64,000 nt of DNA from positions 248,001 to 312,000 of the forward strand of contig NC_043016.1 in assembly GCF_006345805.1 (NCBI RefSeq), read 5' to 3'. A program made the position numbers and the translations under genes. The stretch's first letter is position 1. Each line of letters starts with the position of its first letter. Positions 39,181 to 53,847 of the stretch are shown here, in pieces. Below the pieces are notes generated by a model. The model ran no database searches and had not been told where the DNA came from. It saw nothing but the letters and a program-made list of their open reading frames with translations. The DNA comes from Octopus sinensis. Taxonomy: Eukaryota.

Positions 39181-39309
39181 ATATGCATATATATAATATA
39201 TATTATATATATATATATATAGATATATATATATATAGATATGTATGTATATATGCATATATATATATATAATATATATATATATAGATATGTATGTATA
39301 TATGCATAT

Positions 39310-39356
<47 letters not shown>

Positions 39357-39433
39357 ATGTATGTATATATGCATATATATATGTGTGTATGTATGTATAT
39401 ATATGTATGTATGTAAGTATGTATATATGCATA

Positions 39434-39490
<57 letters not shown>

Positions 39491-39522
39491 TTATGTATGT
39501 ATGCATATATATATATATATAT
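39083..39522. repeat. (TA)/(TG) compound microsatellite
   Basis: Directly visible. Confidence 0.95.
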
Positions 39523-40400
39523 CTTAGATAGAGTAAGGGGTGTGAGAGTGAGTGAGATGGAGACAGGGAGAGAGCAATAAGAAAGACAGATGGAAAGAAG
39601 AAAGCAACTGAGACACAAAGATAGAAGATAGCAACAGAAAAATGAAAAGATATAAAGAAACACAGAGAGGGACAAAAAATGTAGAGAGAGAGAGAGAGAG
39701 AGATAGAGAGAGAGAGAGGTTCAACTATTTTTATTATAAATCTGGCCTGTAAACATGTTTGTAATAGAATATTTGTTCACATTTTGATTTCAAGTGATGG
39801 CTAATAGTGTAAAATTGAGATTTATTATCCGTATGTGCATGTGTATGGATATATATATACATATACATATACATCTATATATATATATGTATGCAGGCAT
39901 GGTAGTGTGGTAAAAAATTTGCTTCCCAACCACATGGTTTCAAGTTCACTCATACCGTATGGCATCTTGGGCAAGTGTCTTCTACTATAGCCCCAGACTG
40001 ACCAAAGCCTATGAGTGGATTTGGTAGATGGAAACTGAAAGAAAGAAGTGCCTTGTATGTATTTACGAGAGTGTATGTGTGTGTGTGTTTATGTTAACCT
40101 CCACTGCTTGACAACTGGTTGTGGTTTGTTTACAGCCCCATAACTTAACAGTTCAGCACAAGGGATCAATAGAATATGTACCAGGCTTAAAAGTGAGCAC
40201 TAGAAGTGATTCGATTGACTAAACCCTTCATGGCTGTGCCCTTGCATGGCCACTGTCCAATGAGTGAATCAAGTAAAACATAACATATATATATATATCA
40301 CTGTGACCAACCAGGCTGTCAGATGTTGCTACACATTGCTGGTCACAATGTATGCACATATATTTATTGATATATGTAAGGAGCAAGTGCTGTTACTTAA

Positions 40401-40621
40401 CCCTTCACAGCATTGAAATTGCCCTGTTAGATGTAATGCTTCTTACTTCACATGATTTTAAATTAATCACGCATTGTCTCATAGCTTTGAAATTTCAATG
40501 ATAAAGTTATTTATTTTTAGAATGACACTGTAGGATAAGTGTGTGGGGCTGGATATGGCCAGTTTGAACATAAGGTCCATAGTATATGTGTGCCTGGTAT
40601 GATTGTTTAAATGCTTATGGG
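40401..40621. mobile_element. piggyBac-type MITE, opposite orientation to 6409-6628
   Basis: ttaa|ccc ... ggg|ttaa; the interior is the reverse complement of the other copies. Confidence 0.75.
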
Positions 40622-42444
40622 TTAAGCCAGACTAGAACATGTAACATTAAAAAAAAATCAATGCTATATGATTTAAGTTATACAGTATGTGGATAGTGTT
40701 ATAATCCAAGCTGTGTTCTTGTGAAGCACATCTGTATATTCCAGTGCTCCAAAATTTTAGGTAGATTTTATAATTGTGTGAGAATTTCTAATAGAAAATA
40801 TCTTACACATTTTTCTTACTTGTACAATTTTGTAACTCCTATTTGCAAATGAAACATGTGTAATGATGAATAAAAAATACCAAAATCTCCTATCAAATAT
40901 CCTGTTATAATATACATACATGCATACACACACATATACATTTGTATATGTATATATATATGTATATAAATATAATAACAGACAAAAGGAATAGAGTGAG
41001 CAAGTCCTTTCATTACATTTATTAACAATTGTCTCATTGAAATTCTATCGCATGAATATTGCTATATTATGCAATAACATATGAAACAGTTTATTCATGA
41101 TATATCAAATTCAACTCATCAGAATTTATTTATAAAATTCATCTGCTGTAAATACTTGAATTAGCTGTAATTACATGATAGCATTTGCATCTTCTAGTGA
41201 ATCAAAGCGAAATGAATTACTACTTTGAATTAACTGGTCAAGAAAGATAAATAGAAAAAATACTTTAAAAATGCAGATGTAATCTTGTAAGCATGCCCAA
41301 TCACTATGGGTATAAATTATTGATAATTTAGGTTTCTAGTGCAAATGAATTTTATACATAATTCTGATGAGTTGAGTAAGACTCCTTGAATAAATTGTTG
41401 CATACATTATTATGATATAACAATATTCATGAGATCAGATTTCATGTTAAATAATGTAATAAAAGGACTTTCTTACGCCATTCTTCTTCATTATCAACAT
41501 CATCATCACTGTTGGATACTTTGGATACTTGTGCATTTTCAGACATGGGTTTGACAAAACATAAAATCTTTGGATTACTGTATGTCTGATAGCCTGTTCC
41601 CATGGATGAGCTTAACTGGATAAACTTCAGGATTAATGCCCAAATGAAACTCTTTATATATATATAAATTATACCAATTATACACGTTTTTATTATTATT
41701 TTGCAATTTACTGAATCATCGGTATATTATTATTATTTTAATTTTAATATTTCTATTATATGTAATTTTCAAGATGGTGTAATTTAATTGTTCATTTTGA
41801 ATTGATAAAAGGTGTTTTTTTTCTAATTTATATATATATATATATTATATTGTGTGAAATTTGATTTAGTATTTCTATATTGAGTTTTTTCCCTGTAAGT
41901 TAGTATTAATATTCCCTCAAATAAATATTATATATACATATATATATTATTTTTATGAGTCACAGCTGGAAAGAATGTGTGTGTGTGTGTATAAATATAC
42001 ACTCTCTTTCCAGCTGTGTCTTATAAAAATCAAAGATTTATACTAAAATTTTATTTATTTGCTTTCATTTTTATTGATCTTAAGTGTGCACTTCAAGCTT
42101 TGGATTCATATTATATACACACATATACGAAAACATACATACATGAAGACATACATACATACATGATGATTGCTCCTTCTTCACAGATGATTACTACCTC
42201 TCTGAATTTCCTCATTGTCAATTGCATTTCTGACTTTCCTTCCATGACCTCTCAGCTGACTATTCAGCCCCATTGCAGATCTGTGTGGTTTGAAGCACAG
42301 GTGGCAGACAAAAGCTGTAGTTTACAGTTGGATAAGTCTGCACACGTCACCACTCTTCCATTGTCATAGAACTTCCTGTAGATGGAAGAATGAATAAGGC
42401 CACGATAAAAGAAAACATCTGTACATCCTGAGTTTTTACTTTAA

Positions 42445-42640
42445 ATTTCATCTGGCTGTGGGGCTCTGGTTCAGGAGTTTCAAGGTTTTAAGGAGTGTGG
42501 AAACACCTGTTAGCTGCTATTGTTTCTAGGTCTACTCTGACCCAGACTAATAGCATCTGTCAGGGTCTTAGTTTTGGGGTTGACTATGTGATGACAATCC
42601 ATGGGGACACAAAAATACCTTTGGTTAATGTCATGTAATG
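42445..42640. repeat. Unclassified dispersed repeat, family E
   Basis: catctggctgtggggctctggttc..taaggagtgtggaa..; similar at 59563-59810 and, reversed, at 57430-57550. Confidence 0.6.
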
Positions 42641-43530
42641 CAGTAACAAAGAAGTGACAAGTTAATTCAAAGTAGTAATTCATTTTGCTTTGATTCACTA
42701 GAAAATGCAAATGCCATCATGTAATTCAGCTAATTCAAGTATCTACAGCAGATGGATTTTATACATAATTCTGATGAGTTGAATTTGATATAATCATGAA
42801 TAAGCTGTTTCATATGTTATTGCACAATATAACAATATTCATGCGATAGAATTTCAATGAGACACTGGAAGTGAGGGACCTGTAGCTGTGGTCACTGCAA
42901 TCTTTTAGAATAAGGATCGACTGATTTTAGAGTTGCAGTTTCACATGGTTACTGGTCGTCTCATTTCGGCTTGTCACTAAGTTCTGATCACACAGACTTG
43001 GAGGTTGGTGCTTATGTCCTACAAGTCTTTATAAATACACACACATACATGCATATATATACACACAAACATGCATACATATACTCCTATGTGCACACTC
43101 AACCATCTACATATAAGTGGATAGTAATTTTCTTGCCCTGATTCCTAATTTCTTCCTGCCCCACTTTGCTAAACTGCGGAAACGGTAACAAATATTCTGT
43201 GATTAATTACCATATTAAATGAAACTGTGGCCATCACCTTTGTATCTTCTGTTATAAATCTCTTTTGGTATTTCAGACGCTTGATTCTGGAGTTTGTGGG
43301 AAGCTACATGTGCATGTAAATATGTATGTGTGTGAGCATGCATGTACATCTATGTGTATGTGTGTGCATGTGCCTGTGTGTATGTTTGTGTATATAAGAC
43401 AAGACTCCTTGACTGTGTGGGGAGTAGTATTGAGGGAGGTTTGCTTTGTGCACAGTGATGAGATGTTAGAATATAAATAAGTAACACAAATAGGTGTCTT
43501 GCTCTAGAAGAGATACAGTGGAGAAACATT

Positions 43531-43567
<37 letters not shown>

Positions 43568-44840
43568 AGATGGTTGTGAAAATGTGTCAGGGCATACTTT
43601 GATGGGTTGTATTGAGAAATGGAACATATCAACAGTGTCTTTAAGTGTAAAGTAATTAAAGACACACACCATTGATTAATAAGACAAAGTATAGATTGTA
43701 AGCATTAAGTGATAAAATATAGTATTATTGATGAAGGACGTATGAGTGGAAAATCAACAAAATCAACAAAAAATAACAAAGAAAATCAATGAGGGATTTA
43801 TTGGAAACTTTGTAACTAAAATACAAATAGACAAGCTTATATTTAGAATGAAAGACAATATATGCTTCTAAACTTCCACAAATGTTTCATAAAAATCTGA
43901 TTAAGCATTTTGTGTGACTCCAATTAATGGGCAGAGATAATATAAAAATAAATAGATAAATACTGCAGCTGCTGGTGAATAATTGAATAAAAGCAACATG
44001 TGATGAAGAGAACTGCTTAATCTTACATGGGACAAGACAAGCTCTCAAGTGCTGGTGCATCATCATTGTCGTTTAACACCTGTTTAACACCATTCGAGTG
44101 TGATCGTTACCAACGTCGCCTTACTGGCATCTGTGCCAGTGGCATGTGTAAAAGATTCGAGCGATGTTGTTGCCAGCACCGCCTGATTGGCCCTGTGCCT
44201 GTGGCACGTAAAAGCACCCACTACACTCTCGGAGTGGTTGGCGTTAGGCAGGGCATCCAGCTGTAGTAACTCTGCCAGATCAAGATTGGAGCCTGGTGCA
44301 ACCATCTGGTTCACCAGCCCTCAGTCATTCGTCCAACCCATGCTAGCATGGAAAGCGGACGTTAAAGGATGATGATGATGATGATTTTCATACTGGCAAG
44401 GGTTGGACAGTTTGACAGGTGTTGGCAAGCTAGAGGACTGTACCAAGTTCTTATGTCTGCTTTGGCATGGTTTCTGTAGCTGGGTACCCTTCTTAAGCAC
44501 AACCATTTTACAGAGATTTGGTGACCTTCTTCCATGCTAGCATGGGTTGGATGGTTTGATAGGAGCTGGCAAGTCAGAAGACTACTCGAAGCTCTACTGT
44601 CTGTTTTGGCATGGTTTCTACAGCTTCCTAATGCCAACTATTTTACAGAGTGTGCCGGGTGCTTTTAATGTGATACCAGCACTGATAAGGTCATAAAGTA
44701 ACTTGCAAGACAAGATCCCTCAACTGAAGTGGGGGGAAGTAGTATTGAAGGGAGGTGAGAGGTCAGAATATGAATTGTGGGACAAAATATGTCTTGCAGT
44801 AAAGGAGACACATGGCTACCCCAGTTTGAAAGATTGTTAG

Positions 44841-44912
<72 letters not shown>

Positions 44913-44939
44913 CACATATATATGTATATAAATGTATCA

Positions 44940-45790
44940 TCATTAGCATCATTATTGAATGTCCATTTTCCATGCTGGCATGGGTTGGACTGTTTGAGGG
45001 GTGCTGGCAAGTTAGAAGACTGTGTTAAGTTCCCCTTGTCTACTTTGGCATGGTTTCTACAGTCAGATGCCCTTTCTTATGCCAACCACTTCCCAGAACG
45101 TTGGGGGTACTTTTTTCACTAGGCACCATCATCAGCAAAGGTTGCTAAGTAACTTGCAAGACAAGATATCTCGACTGAGTGGGGTGAATAGTATTGAGAG
45201 AGGTAACTTTGAGCCAGGTAGGGAAAGTTAGAGTATGAGTAAAGGGACTGAAATAAGTGTTTAGCAGTAGAGGAAATACTTGGCTGTCCCAGTTGGGGAA
45301 AGGGTTGAATGGTAAGAGAGAGAGAGAGAGGGAGGGAGGGAGGGAGGAAAGATGAAATGGCAGAGGTGTGCTGGGACATACACTCAAGTTACAAGGAGGT
45401 GTATATAAGTGAAATTGAACCAGGGTTTGGATAGGGTGAGTTCACAAGGTTGTGAAAGGAGAGTGGGAGATGGAGGGGAGAGACATGTAGTGAATGGATG
45501 TAAATAGAGGCAGAGGGTGTGAGAAAGAAGGATATGTTATGTAAGGGTTAAGAGATTCAACAGGGGCATGTTGTGTGCAGATAGGTTTGTGAAGGGAGAG
45601 AAATATAGCGAGTGGCAAATCCAGGTGGAGGTGTGAGGAAGAGGTTTACCAGGGACAGATGGCATGCAGGGGCCATAGACATAAACAAGATGACTGGATG
45701 AGTCTTCTCAAGCACAGCAAATCATCAATCATTAATCATTACAGTCTTTTGTCATCTCCTCTGTGAGGTTCAACATCTAAGATCATTTTT
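44940..45790 (-). mobile_element. RTE LINE 3' end with long 3'UTR (family C terminus)
   Basis: 45700-45790 matches the ORF end at 12335-12420; the element ends in the family C core and a (GAT)-like tail. Confidence 0.65.
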
Positions 45791-46161
45791 CCCTCATTTT
45801 ATGCGATAAAATTATGAAAAGAAGGGGAAAAAACAACCTTCCTTGGTCTTCCTCTTTTCATATTCTAAAAGCACTTTCGTTCAGAAACAATAATATTAAT
45901 AATTTCTTTATACATTATTTTGACCATTCTTATTTAAAGAATTATCTTCCATGGAAATTCCATCTCAGAGATGAAATAAAAAGATTTGCGAAGATTAAAT
46001 TCTTATAAAAATCAATGAAATTGTTTCTTAGAACTGCTGGGATTGACCAAAGTCATTTGGTTTGGATATTTTCCAGTAAAATATAACTTAGACGTTAAAT
46101 TAATGATAGCAGAAGCATTGCATTAAAGATTGTTCAAAAAGCATTTACAAGAGAGAAAGAG

Positions 46162-46210
<49 letters not shown>

Positions 46211-46409
46211 GTGAGTGGGAGGATAGGGAGAGAGAAAGATTTGAACGTAGGTGCAGGCGTGGCTGTGTAGTAAGAAACTTGCTTCCCAACCACTTGGTTC
46301 TGGGTTCAGTCCCACTGCATGCCATCTTGGGCAAGCATCTTCTACTATAGCCCTGGGCCAATGAAAGCCTTGCGAGTGAATTTGATGGATGGAAACTGAA
46401 AGAAATTCA

Positions 46410-46811
46410 TCTATGATATAAATTGGACATGGGTGATCATTGTATTCTTTCTTGTCTTGAGGTTCACAGCCAAACGGCTGGGTGGATTCACATGAAAAAT
46501 GGCACACATGTGGAAACAGGTGCATACATTGGAATGCAGTTTGTAGTTTTTTTTCCTAACCCCGAGAAAATCAGTTAAAACTTTTCCTGATGGAATTTCC
46601 CTCTTTCTTCTGCCATTAAAACAACCAGTTGCTTAGAAGCTGTTTTCTGATGGGCTGGGGTCAAGAAATTTTCATATAGCTGGAGGCTTCAATCAAAATA
46701 GGAGACCCGAAATGATAAGGTTGACAAACGCTGTTATAGATTATGCCTAACCGAAAATGATTACAGCCACATCATCCAAACAGACCGGGTGAAACCGGGC
46801 TTAGCTGCTAG
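46410..46811 (+). mobile_element. Second non-autonomous Helitron-like element
   Basis: a|TCtatgatataaa ... ccgggtgaaaccgggcttagctgCTAG|t; it interrupts a SINE A copy. Confidence 0.6.
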
Positions 46812-47720
46812 TCTTATATAAACTCAGGCATGTTTACAGCTGGTATAGAGGACAACATACGATGTCTTCTGCTTTTATAAAAAGGGTTTATTTTTTATAT
46901 ACCATCATAAATTACACCCTTCGTCCCATATTGAAATCAAAGGAAATTTTGATAAGCGGACTGTCACCATACAACTCAAGGCTTAACAACTAAAGATACT
47001 AAAACCCCCGAATAAAAATCTGAGAATGCAATGGAATGCAAAAGGTAAATAAAGATTACAAATATTTCATAGGGAAAATAATGTTTGTTGCATAACTTCT
47101 AATGCATAAAACCTGCTCAGTTAATCTTTGGGTGTTATTACCATCAGATTGTTTATATTGTCACATGAAAATGAGTAAATGTTTTAATCATTGTTTTAGC
47201 TATGAAACATTTGTAGTCTTATTTACCTTTTCCATTTCTTATAATCTTGGATATCTATCTATCTATCTATCCATCCATCTCTCTCCCTCCTCCCTCTCTC
47301 TATCAATGATTATCATATGAACATCTTTAGCTTACACCTGTTTCTGATATATGAGGCTGTGGACATTGTAGCTTCATATTCAAAGCTCCAATGAAGCTCT
47401 AAGATGAGTGCACTGCCTCTTATAGCAGAAACAACTGTAAGGAATAAATGTAAAATAATCATTTATTCCTTTTTTGTTCCATTTTCTCATTGCCGCTCTG
47501 CACTCAACTATTTGTTCTGAAGCATTTGTATGTTGAGTTCTACACCAGGTTATTAGACTTGCAATGCCTAAGTGAAATGTATGTAGCTTTCTTACCAACC
47601 ACATGGTTCCGGGTTCATTCCCACTGTGTGGCACCTTGGGCAAGTGTCTTCTGCTATACCCTCGGGCTGACCGAAGTCTTGTAAGTGGATTTGGTAGACA
47701 GAAACTGAAAGAAGCCTGTC

Positions 47721-47778
<58 letters not shown>

Positions 47779-48772
47779 ATATGTTTGTGTGTCTGTGTTT
47801 GTCCCCCAACATTGCTTGACAACTGATGCTGGTGTGTTTACATCCCTGTAACTTAGCGGTTCAGGAAAAAGAGGCCGATGGAATAAGTACTAGGCTTCCA
47901 AAGAATAAGTTCTGGGGTCGATTTGCTTGACTAAAGGCAGTGCTCCAGCATGGCCACAGTCAAATGACTGAAACAAGTAAAAGAGAACACACACACACAC
48001 ACATACACTCGAAGGCAATATGGCCTAGTGGTTAGTGTGTTGCGCTGACAATCACAAGATTGTGCTTTTGATTTCATTTCCATTGTGCATTGTATTCTTG
48101 GGCAAGGCACTTCATATCACATAACTCCAGTCCAATCCACTGTAAATAGGTAACCTCGTGATGGATTGGCATACAATGATGGGATGGCGGCTCAGAAAAA
48201 ATCACCCAAGTAGAGCTCTCGTTAACTATGTTTTATATTCAGTAATTAAACAGAAGGAAAGTACAACATTTACTGTGAATCCTGACTGGTTGGGATTGGT
48301 CATTCAATCATGTGGGAGGTCATATACATACACACACTCACACACACACGTGTGTGTGTGTGTATTATATATAATGCCCTTCTTTTAAATCTATGCTTGT
48401 TCATTGGCTGTCAGTGCTCCAACTTCGGATTGATTCTGACTTTATCTATTTTCCATGGTTTGTCACGGATCCAAAAAACCAGTTTCCTTTATTTCTTACT
48501 ATCAGTATTGATCGGTACTGATCCAGAAATTGTTGTGTGTGAGGTTTTTTTTTTTTTGCTTTTTTCATTTGGAAATGGATCTTGTTTTGAAGAAGTGTAG
48601 AAGTAAGTGGAGGCATGGCTGTGTGAAAAGAAGTTTTGTTTTCCAACAGATAGTTCTGAATTCAATCCCACTCTTTGCATCAACCATTGCCCCATGCTGA
48701 CCAGTATCTTCTAAGTGGTTTTGGTAGATGGATACTGGAAGAACCCAACTGTGTATATACATACCTGACACA

Positions 48773-48812
<40 letters not shown>

Positions 48813-49143
48813 TACACAGAGCAATGTAACTACACATGTGCTGTTGGTGATTTCTTTTCCTTCTTTGGACTTTTCCTTTTCTCCTTTCCAATGAAGGGTT
48901 ATGCTTGAAACATCAAACTCTCTCTTTTCACTATGCATCATGCTAATATATTTCTTGTGTATGTCCTCATCTTCATTAATTTTTACTTGTTTATCTGAAT
49001 TAATTACGGAGATGTACTTGCATAGTGAGTGACTTGATCTGAGATCGTGTGCTGGAATGAAAACAATTGCAGCATGGAAGGTGTTTATAAGCCATTTAAG
49101 AAACACATAAATCCGTTAGATTCATTTCAACATTTAAATTTAA

Positions 49144-49194
49144 TTTGTCAAAATATTTTCGTCGCTTTGAGACCACGAGCTGTTCACTGACAAA
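49144..49194 (-). ncRNA. Hammerhead-like motif with G3:C8 core variant
   Basis: Minus strand TTTGTCA-GTGAACA-G(C)TCGT GGTCTCAAA GCGAC-GAAA-ATAT-T-T-TGACAAA, with a perfect 7-bp stem I. Confidence 0.55.
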
Positions 49195-51928
49195 GCTTTG
49201 TGCTGTGTCTTTGTTGTCTGAATTAATTGTTTACTTGAATTGACTATGTATATATATATATATCTATCTATAGAATGGCAAGTTGGCAGAATCGTTAGCA
49301 TACTGAGTGAAATGCTTAGCGGTATTTCGTCTGTCATTATGTTCTGAGTTCAAATTCCACTGAGGTCAACTTTGCCTTTCATCCTTTCGGGGTTGATTAA
49401 ACAAGTACCAGTTTTGCATTGGGGTTGATGTAATCGACTTAATCTCTTTGTCTGTCCTTGTTTGTCCCCTCTATGTTTAGCCCCATGTTGTGAGTGAATT
49501 TGGTTCATGGAAACTAAAAAAAGTCCATTGTACATATTGTGTGTGTGTTTGTGTCTGTTTTTGTTCCACCCACCGCTTGACAACCAGTGTTGGTGTGTTT
49601 ATGTCCCTGTAACTTAGCAGTTTGACAAAAGAAACTGATAGAATAAGTACTAGGCTTTGAAAAAAAAAAGGTTCTGAGGTCAATTTGTTCAAGTGAAAAG
49701 CCTTCAAGGTAGTGGCTCAGTGTGGGCACTGTCAAATGACTGAAACAAATAAAAGGGTAAAACAAGAAGACTGTTTGCTATGGGCTGTAGTATCAGCGCA
49801 CAAACAAAACAGCCACATTAAGTTGGATACTGAGATTGCATATTGGTTCTAATACTTCTCCATCTGTTGTTATGCATAACATTGAAATCACATGACCTGG
49901 CACTCCTAGTGCTTGTAAGTGATGAGTCATGTCCGTCAACAATATAAATGTGTTGGTTTTATGCAACATGCATCCATAAGAGAGGTCCTCCCAAGGTAAA
50001 TAACGCATTATCGTGTATTCTAACACAACATCCACATTAAGTTGGATATGAAGATTGTCTTTTCATATTAACATTTCTTCTGTCACTAATAATTATTTTG
50101 TTTTATTTTACGGTGTTAAAGTTCTCCTATTCAGGTTCTTTTATTCATCACATATTTTTTGAATTATTAATAAAACTCTAAAAGTTTAACCCTTTCGTGA
50201 CTAAATTTCAAATGAAATTCAATGCTTGTCTCTTTCAATTGATTTTGAAATTAATCATTAATTTAGAAACTATTTCATAAAATAATGAACTTTGTCATTA
50301 TCAACAAATGTTGTTGTTTGGAACATGTCTTAAGAAAAAGTTCTTGCATAAAATTATAATTATGGCAGGTTTCATTTTTAATCATGGGCAGTTTAAAATG
50401 AAACAATTTGTATGATAAAAAACAAACCAGTTTTAGACAGTAAGGTAAAGGTGGGGAAAGGGCTAGAATGAGATTACTGCAAAACCGCATGCTGACTAAG
50501 GTTATATACACACACATACGCATACATACAAACATACATACATACATGCATCATCATCATCATCATCGTTTAACGTCCGCTTTCCATGCTGGCATGGGTT
50601 GGACAATTTTGACTGAGGGCTGGCGAGCCAGATGGCTGCACCAGGCTCCAATCTTGATCTGGCAGAAATTCTACAGCTGGATGCCCTTCCTAACGCCAAC
50701 CACTCCGAGAGTGTAGTGGGTGCTTTTTACGTGCCACCAGCACGGGGTAATATATATATATATATGGGCACAGGTGTGGCTATAGGTGTTGGTGTGGCTG
50801 TAGGTGCAGGCGTGGCTATAAGGCACATGCATGGCTGTGTGGTAAGTAGCTTGCTTCCCAACCACATGGTTCCGGGTTCAGTCCCACTGTGTGTCACCTT
50901 GGGCAAATGTCTTCTACTATAGCCTTAGGCCAACCAAAGCTTTGTGAGTGGATTTGGTAGACGGAAACTGAAAGAAGCCTGTTGTGTGTGTATATATATA
51001 AGGCACAGGCAATCATAATATTTTACAGATATACAAACAAGCAATAATGTTTACAAAGTTCTCAGTACTAAAACTAGTGCAGTAATGCAAATATTGAGTA
51101 AAGCTTATCAAAATTCAGAAATACTATTTAACTGTAAAGTAAATAGTTTTGGGTTATTTTACTCTCCCATTCAGCGATTTCATGTTTGTTGAATGTATAG
51201 AAAAAGACTTTTTTAAGTATTTACCATTGTTATTCATTGGATATTATAAGCTGTGCGTCTTGAAGCAAACAGGAAAGACTGTTTGACAAGAGAAGAAACA
51301 GCTTTATGGTCAAACCTGTTATATTGTAAACCTGACAGTGTGCTAGTTTAATCTCCTTTAGTTATGAGTTTGTGATCTTTCAGGTGTCTCTATTGGGTGT
51401 TTATATTTCTACACCTTAGTTCCTTCTTCTCAATGCAATGAAGATAGTGATGTTTATATACACATGATGGTTGACTATAGCCACTGTATGAAGCATTATT
51501 TTTTTCCCCTTTTTTTTTCTTTATTGCCCATAGGGGGCTAAACATAGAGGGGACAAACAAGAGCAGACAAGCGGATTAAGTTGATTACATCGACTCCAGT
51601 GCATAACTGGTACTTATTTAATCGACCCCAAAAGGATGACAGGTAGTGTCAACTTCTGCGGAATTTGAACTCAGAACGTAACAGCAGGCGAAATACTTAT
51701 TTCTTTACTACCCACAAGGGGATAAACACAGAAGGGACAAACAAGGACAGACAAAGGGATTTAGTCGATTACATCGACCCCAGTGTGTAACTGGTACTTA
51801 ATTTATTGACCCCGAAAGGATGAAAGGCAAAGTCAACCTCGGCAAAATTTGAACTCAGAACGTAACGACAGACAAAATGCGGCTAAGCATTTCGCTCGGT
51901 GTGCTAACGATTCTGCCATCTCGCCGCC

Positions 51929-51964
<36 letters not shown>

Positions 51965-52529
51965 CGTTAGGAAGGGCATCCAGCTGTAGAAACACTGCCA
52001 GATCTGACTGGCCTGGTGCAGCCTTCGGGCTTGCCAGACCCCAGTTGAACCGTCCAACCCATGCTAGCATGGAAAGCGGATGTTAAACGATGATGATGAT
52101 GATGATGATGATAGTCAAAGGAATGTATTAGTTTGATGTTCAGTTTTTGACATTTTGAGCATAGCTCTTCCTTGGAAAAGAGAAAGGGAAAAGAAATTGC
52201 CAACAGCATGTGTGATGACCATTTAGCATTCATGTTTCATTCAGGCATTGGTTGATTGGTTTGATATGTTCTAGGACTGGGCCAAGCTCTTCTGTCTGTT
52301 TTGGTATGGTTTCTATGGCACAATTGAGGTCACCATGCAGATTGCAGGACTACAAGCTCTAAGGGAGGCTGGGAGTGTCAGCTTCATGCTATGGGATGAG
52401 GGGATTGCTTATGGCAGGATGGGGTTGACAGAGCAGGTTCTAGTTGGGGGATCTGTATAGCTAGCCACACTTACATTATTTACTTTATTTACATTTGACA
52501 GATATTTGTCCTCATCTTGTTTGTTGTTA

Positions 52530-52573
52530 ACACAACGTTTCGACTAATATATCCTCCAGCCTTCATCAGGTGT
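52530..52573 (-). ncRNA. Minimal type-I hammerhead ribozyme (Penelope-type)
   Basis: Minus strand ACAC-CTGATGA-A-GGCTG GAGGATATAT TAGTC-GAAA-CG-T-T-GTGT. The core is intact, stem III is palindromic (AACGTT) and the cleavage triplet is GUU. Confidence 0.8.
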
Positions 52574-52621
52574 CTTGGAGAAATTTCAAACCTGGGTTCT
52601 CATTCCTAAGGTATTTTCCAA

Positions 52622-52675
<54 letters not shown>

Positions 52676-53377
52676 ACATAGAGAAAGAGGGGAAGAATAG
52701 TAGAGGCTGCAAGAGATAGATACTGGCAATGAGGTGCTTAGGCAGCCCCCACAAGGTACAAACTGAGGAGAAATTATGGGTGGGTAGTTTGCAAGAATGG
52801 AGGGGTGAGGAGGCCACTGTCAAGATGGGTTGGATTGAAGGGTGGAAGACACAAGAACCATGAGGAGGAATGCAGAATAGTGGGGGTTGGTGGGGGGGAT
52901 GAACAACTAGATTAGTGAAAAATAATACAGTTGGTTTGAACAAAAGAGGGATGTGACATGGTTCGAAAGTCTGTAGGGGTTGTGGAAAGAGGGACAAAGC
53001 AAGCATAATGCATGCAGTGTGGTGGAATCACTGCAATAAGTGGTGACCCTGAAACAGCTTTTCCAAAATTCATTTTTCATAAGATAGAGGTTATGGATTT
53101 AACCCGCTATGGGATTCTTAATACATAAATGTTGTTAATTGCAATGCAATTAACTCATTTATTGTATTAAATGGGTGAAGATAAAGAAATATTTTTACCA
53201 TAAATTTATAATACAAATAAGAAAATGGAGAAACAAATTTAGTTTGTTCATCAACTTTCGGATATTAGAATGTTGGATTATTTATTCATTTTACAAATGA
53301 GAACATCAAAAGCATACAAATATATTTTATAATTCAATACATATAAGATATAAGATAAGAATACAAATTATTTATAT

Positions 53378-53416
<39 letters not shown>

Positions 53417-53847
53417 GTTGGTGAGGACGTGGCTATGCAATAAGAAGTATGCTGCCTAATAATAATTCCAGGTTCAGTCCTACTGTGTAGTACCTTCAGC
53501 AAGTGTCTTCTACTAAAAGCCTGGGCAGACCAAAGCCTTGAGAGTAAATTTAGGAGACAGATACTGATAAAAAGCCCATTGTGTGTGTGTGCGTGTGTGT
53601 GTGTGTTTGACCCCCACCACAGATTGAAAACTGGTGTTGGTGTATTTATGCTCCTATAACTTAATGGTTCAACATAGAATAAATACCAGACTTAAAAAAA
53701 GAAAGTATTGTAGTTGATTTATTCGATGAAAACCTTCAAGACAGTGCTCCAGCATGGCCACAGTCCAATGATTGAAACAAATAAGAAATAAAAAAAAAAT
53801 ATATATATATATATATGATGATGATGATGATGATATATATATATGAT

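Noticed and set aside
41365-41395. CTGATGAG motif (also at 42772)
   Set aside because: It is part of the fold-back repeat and has no correctly placed GAAA or stems.
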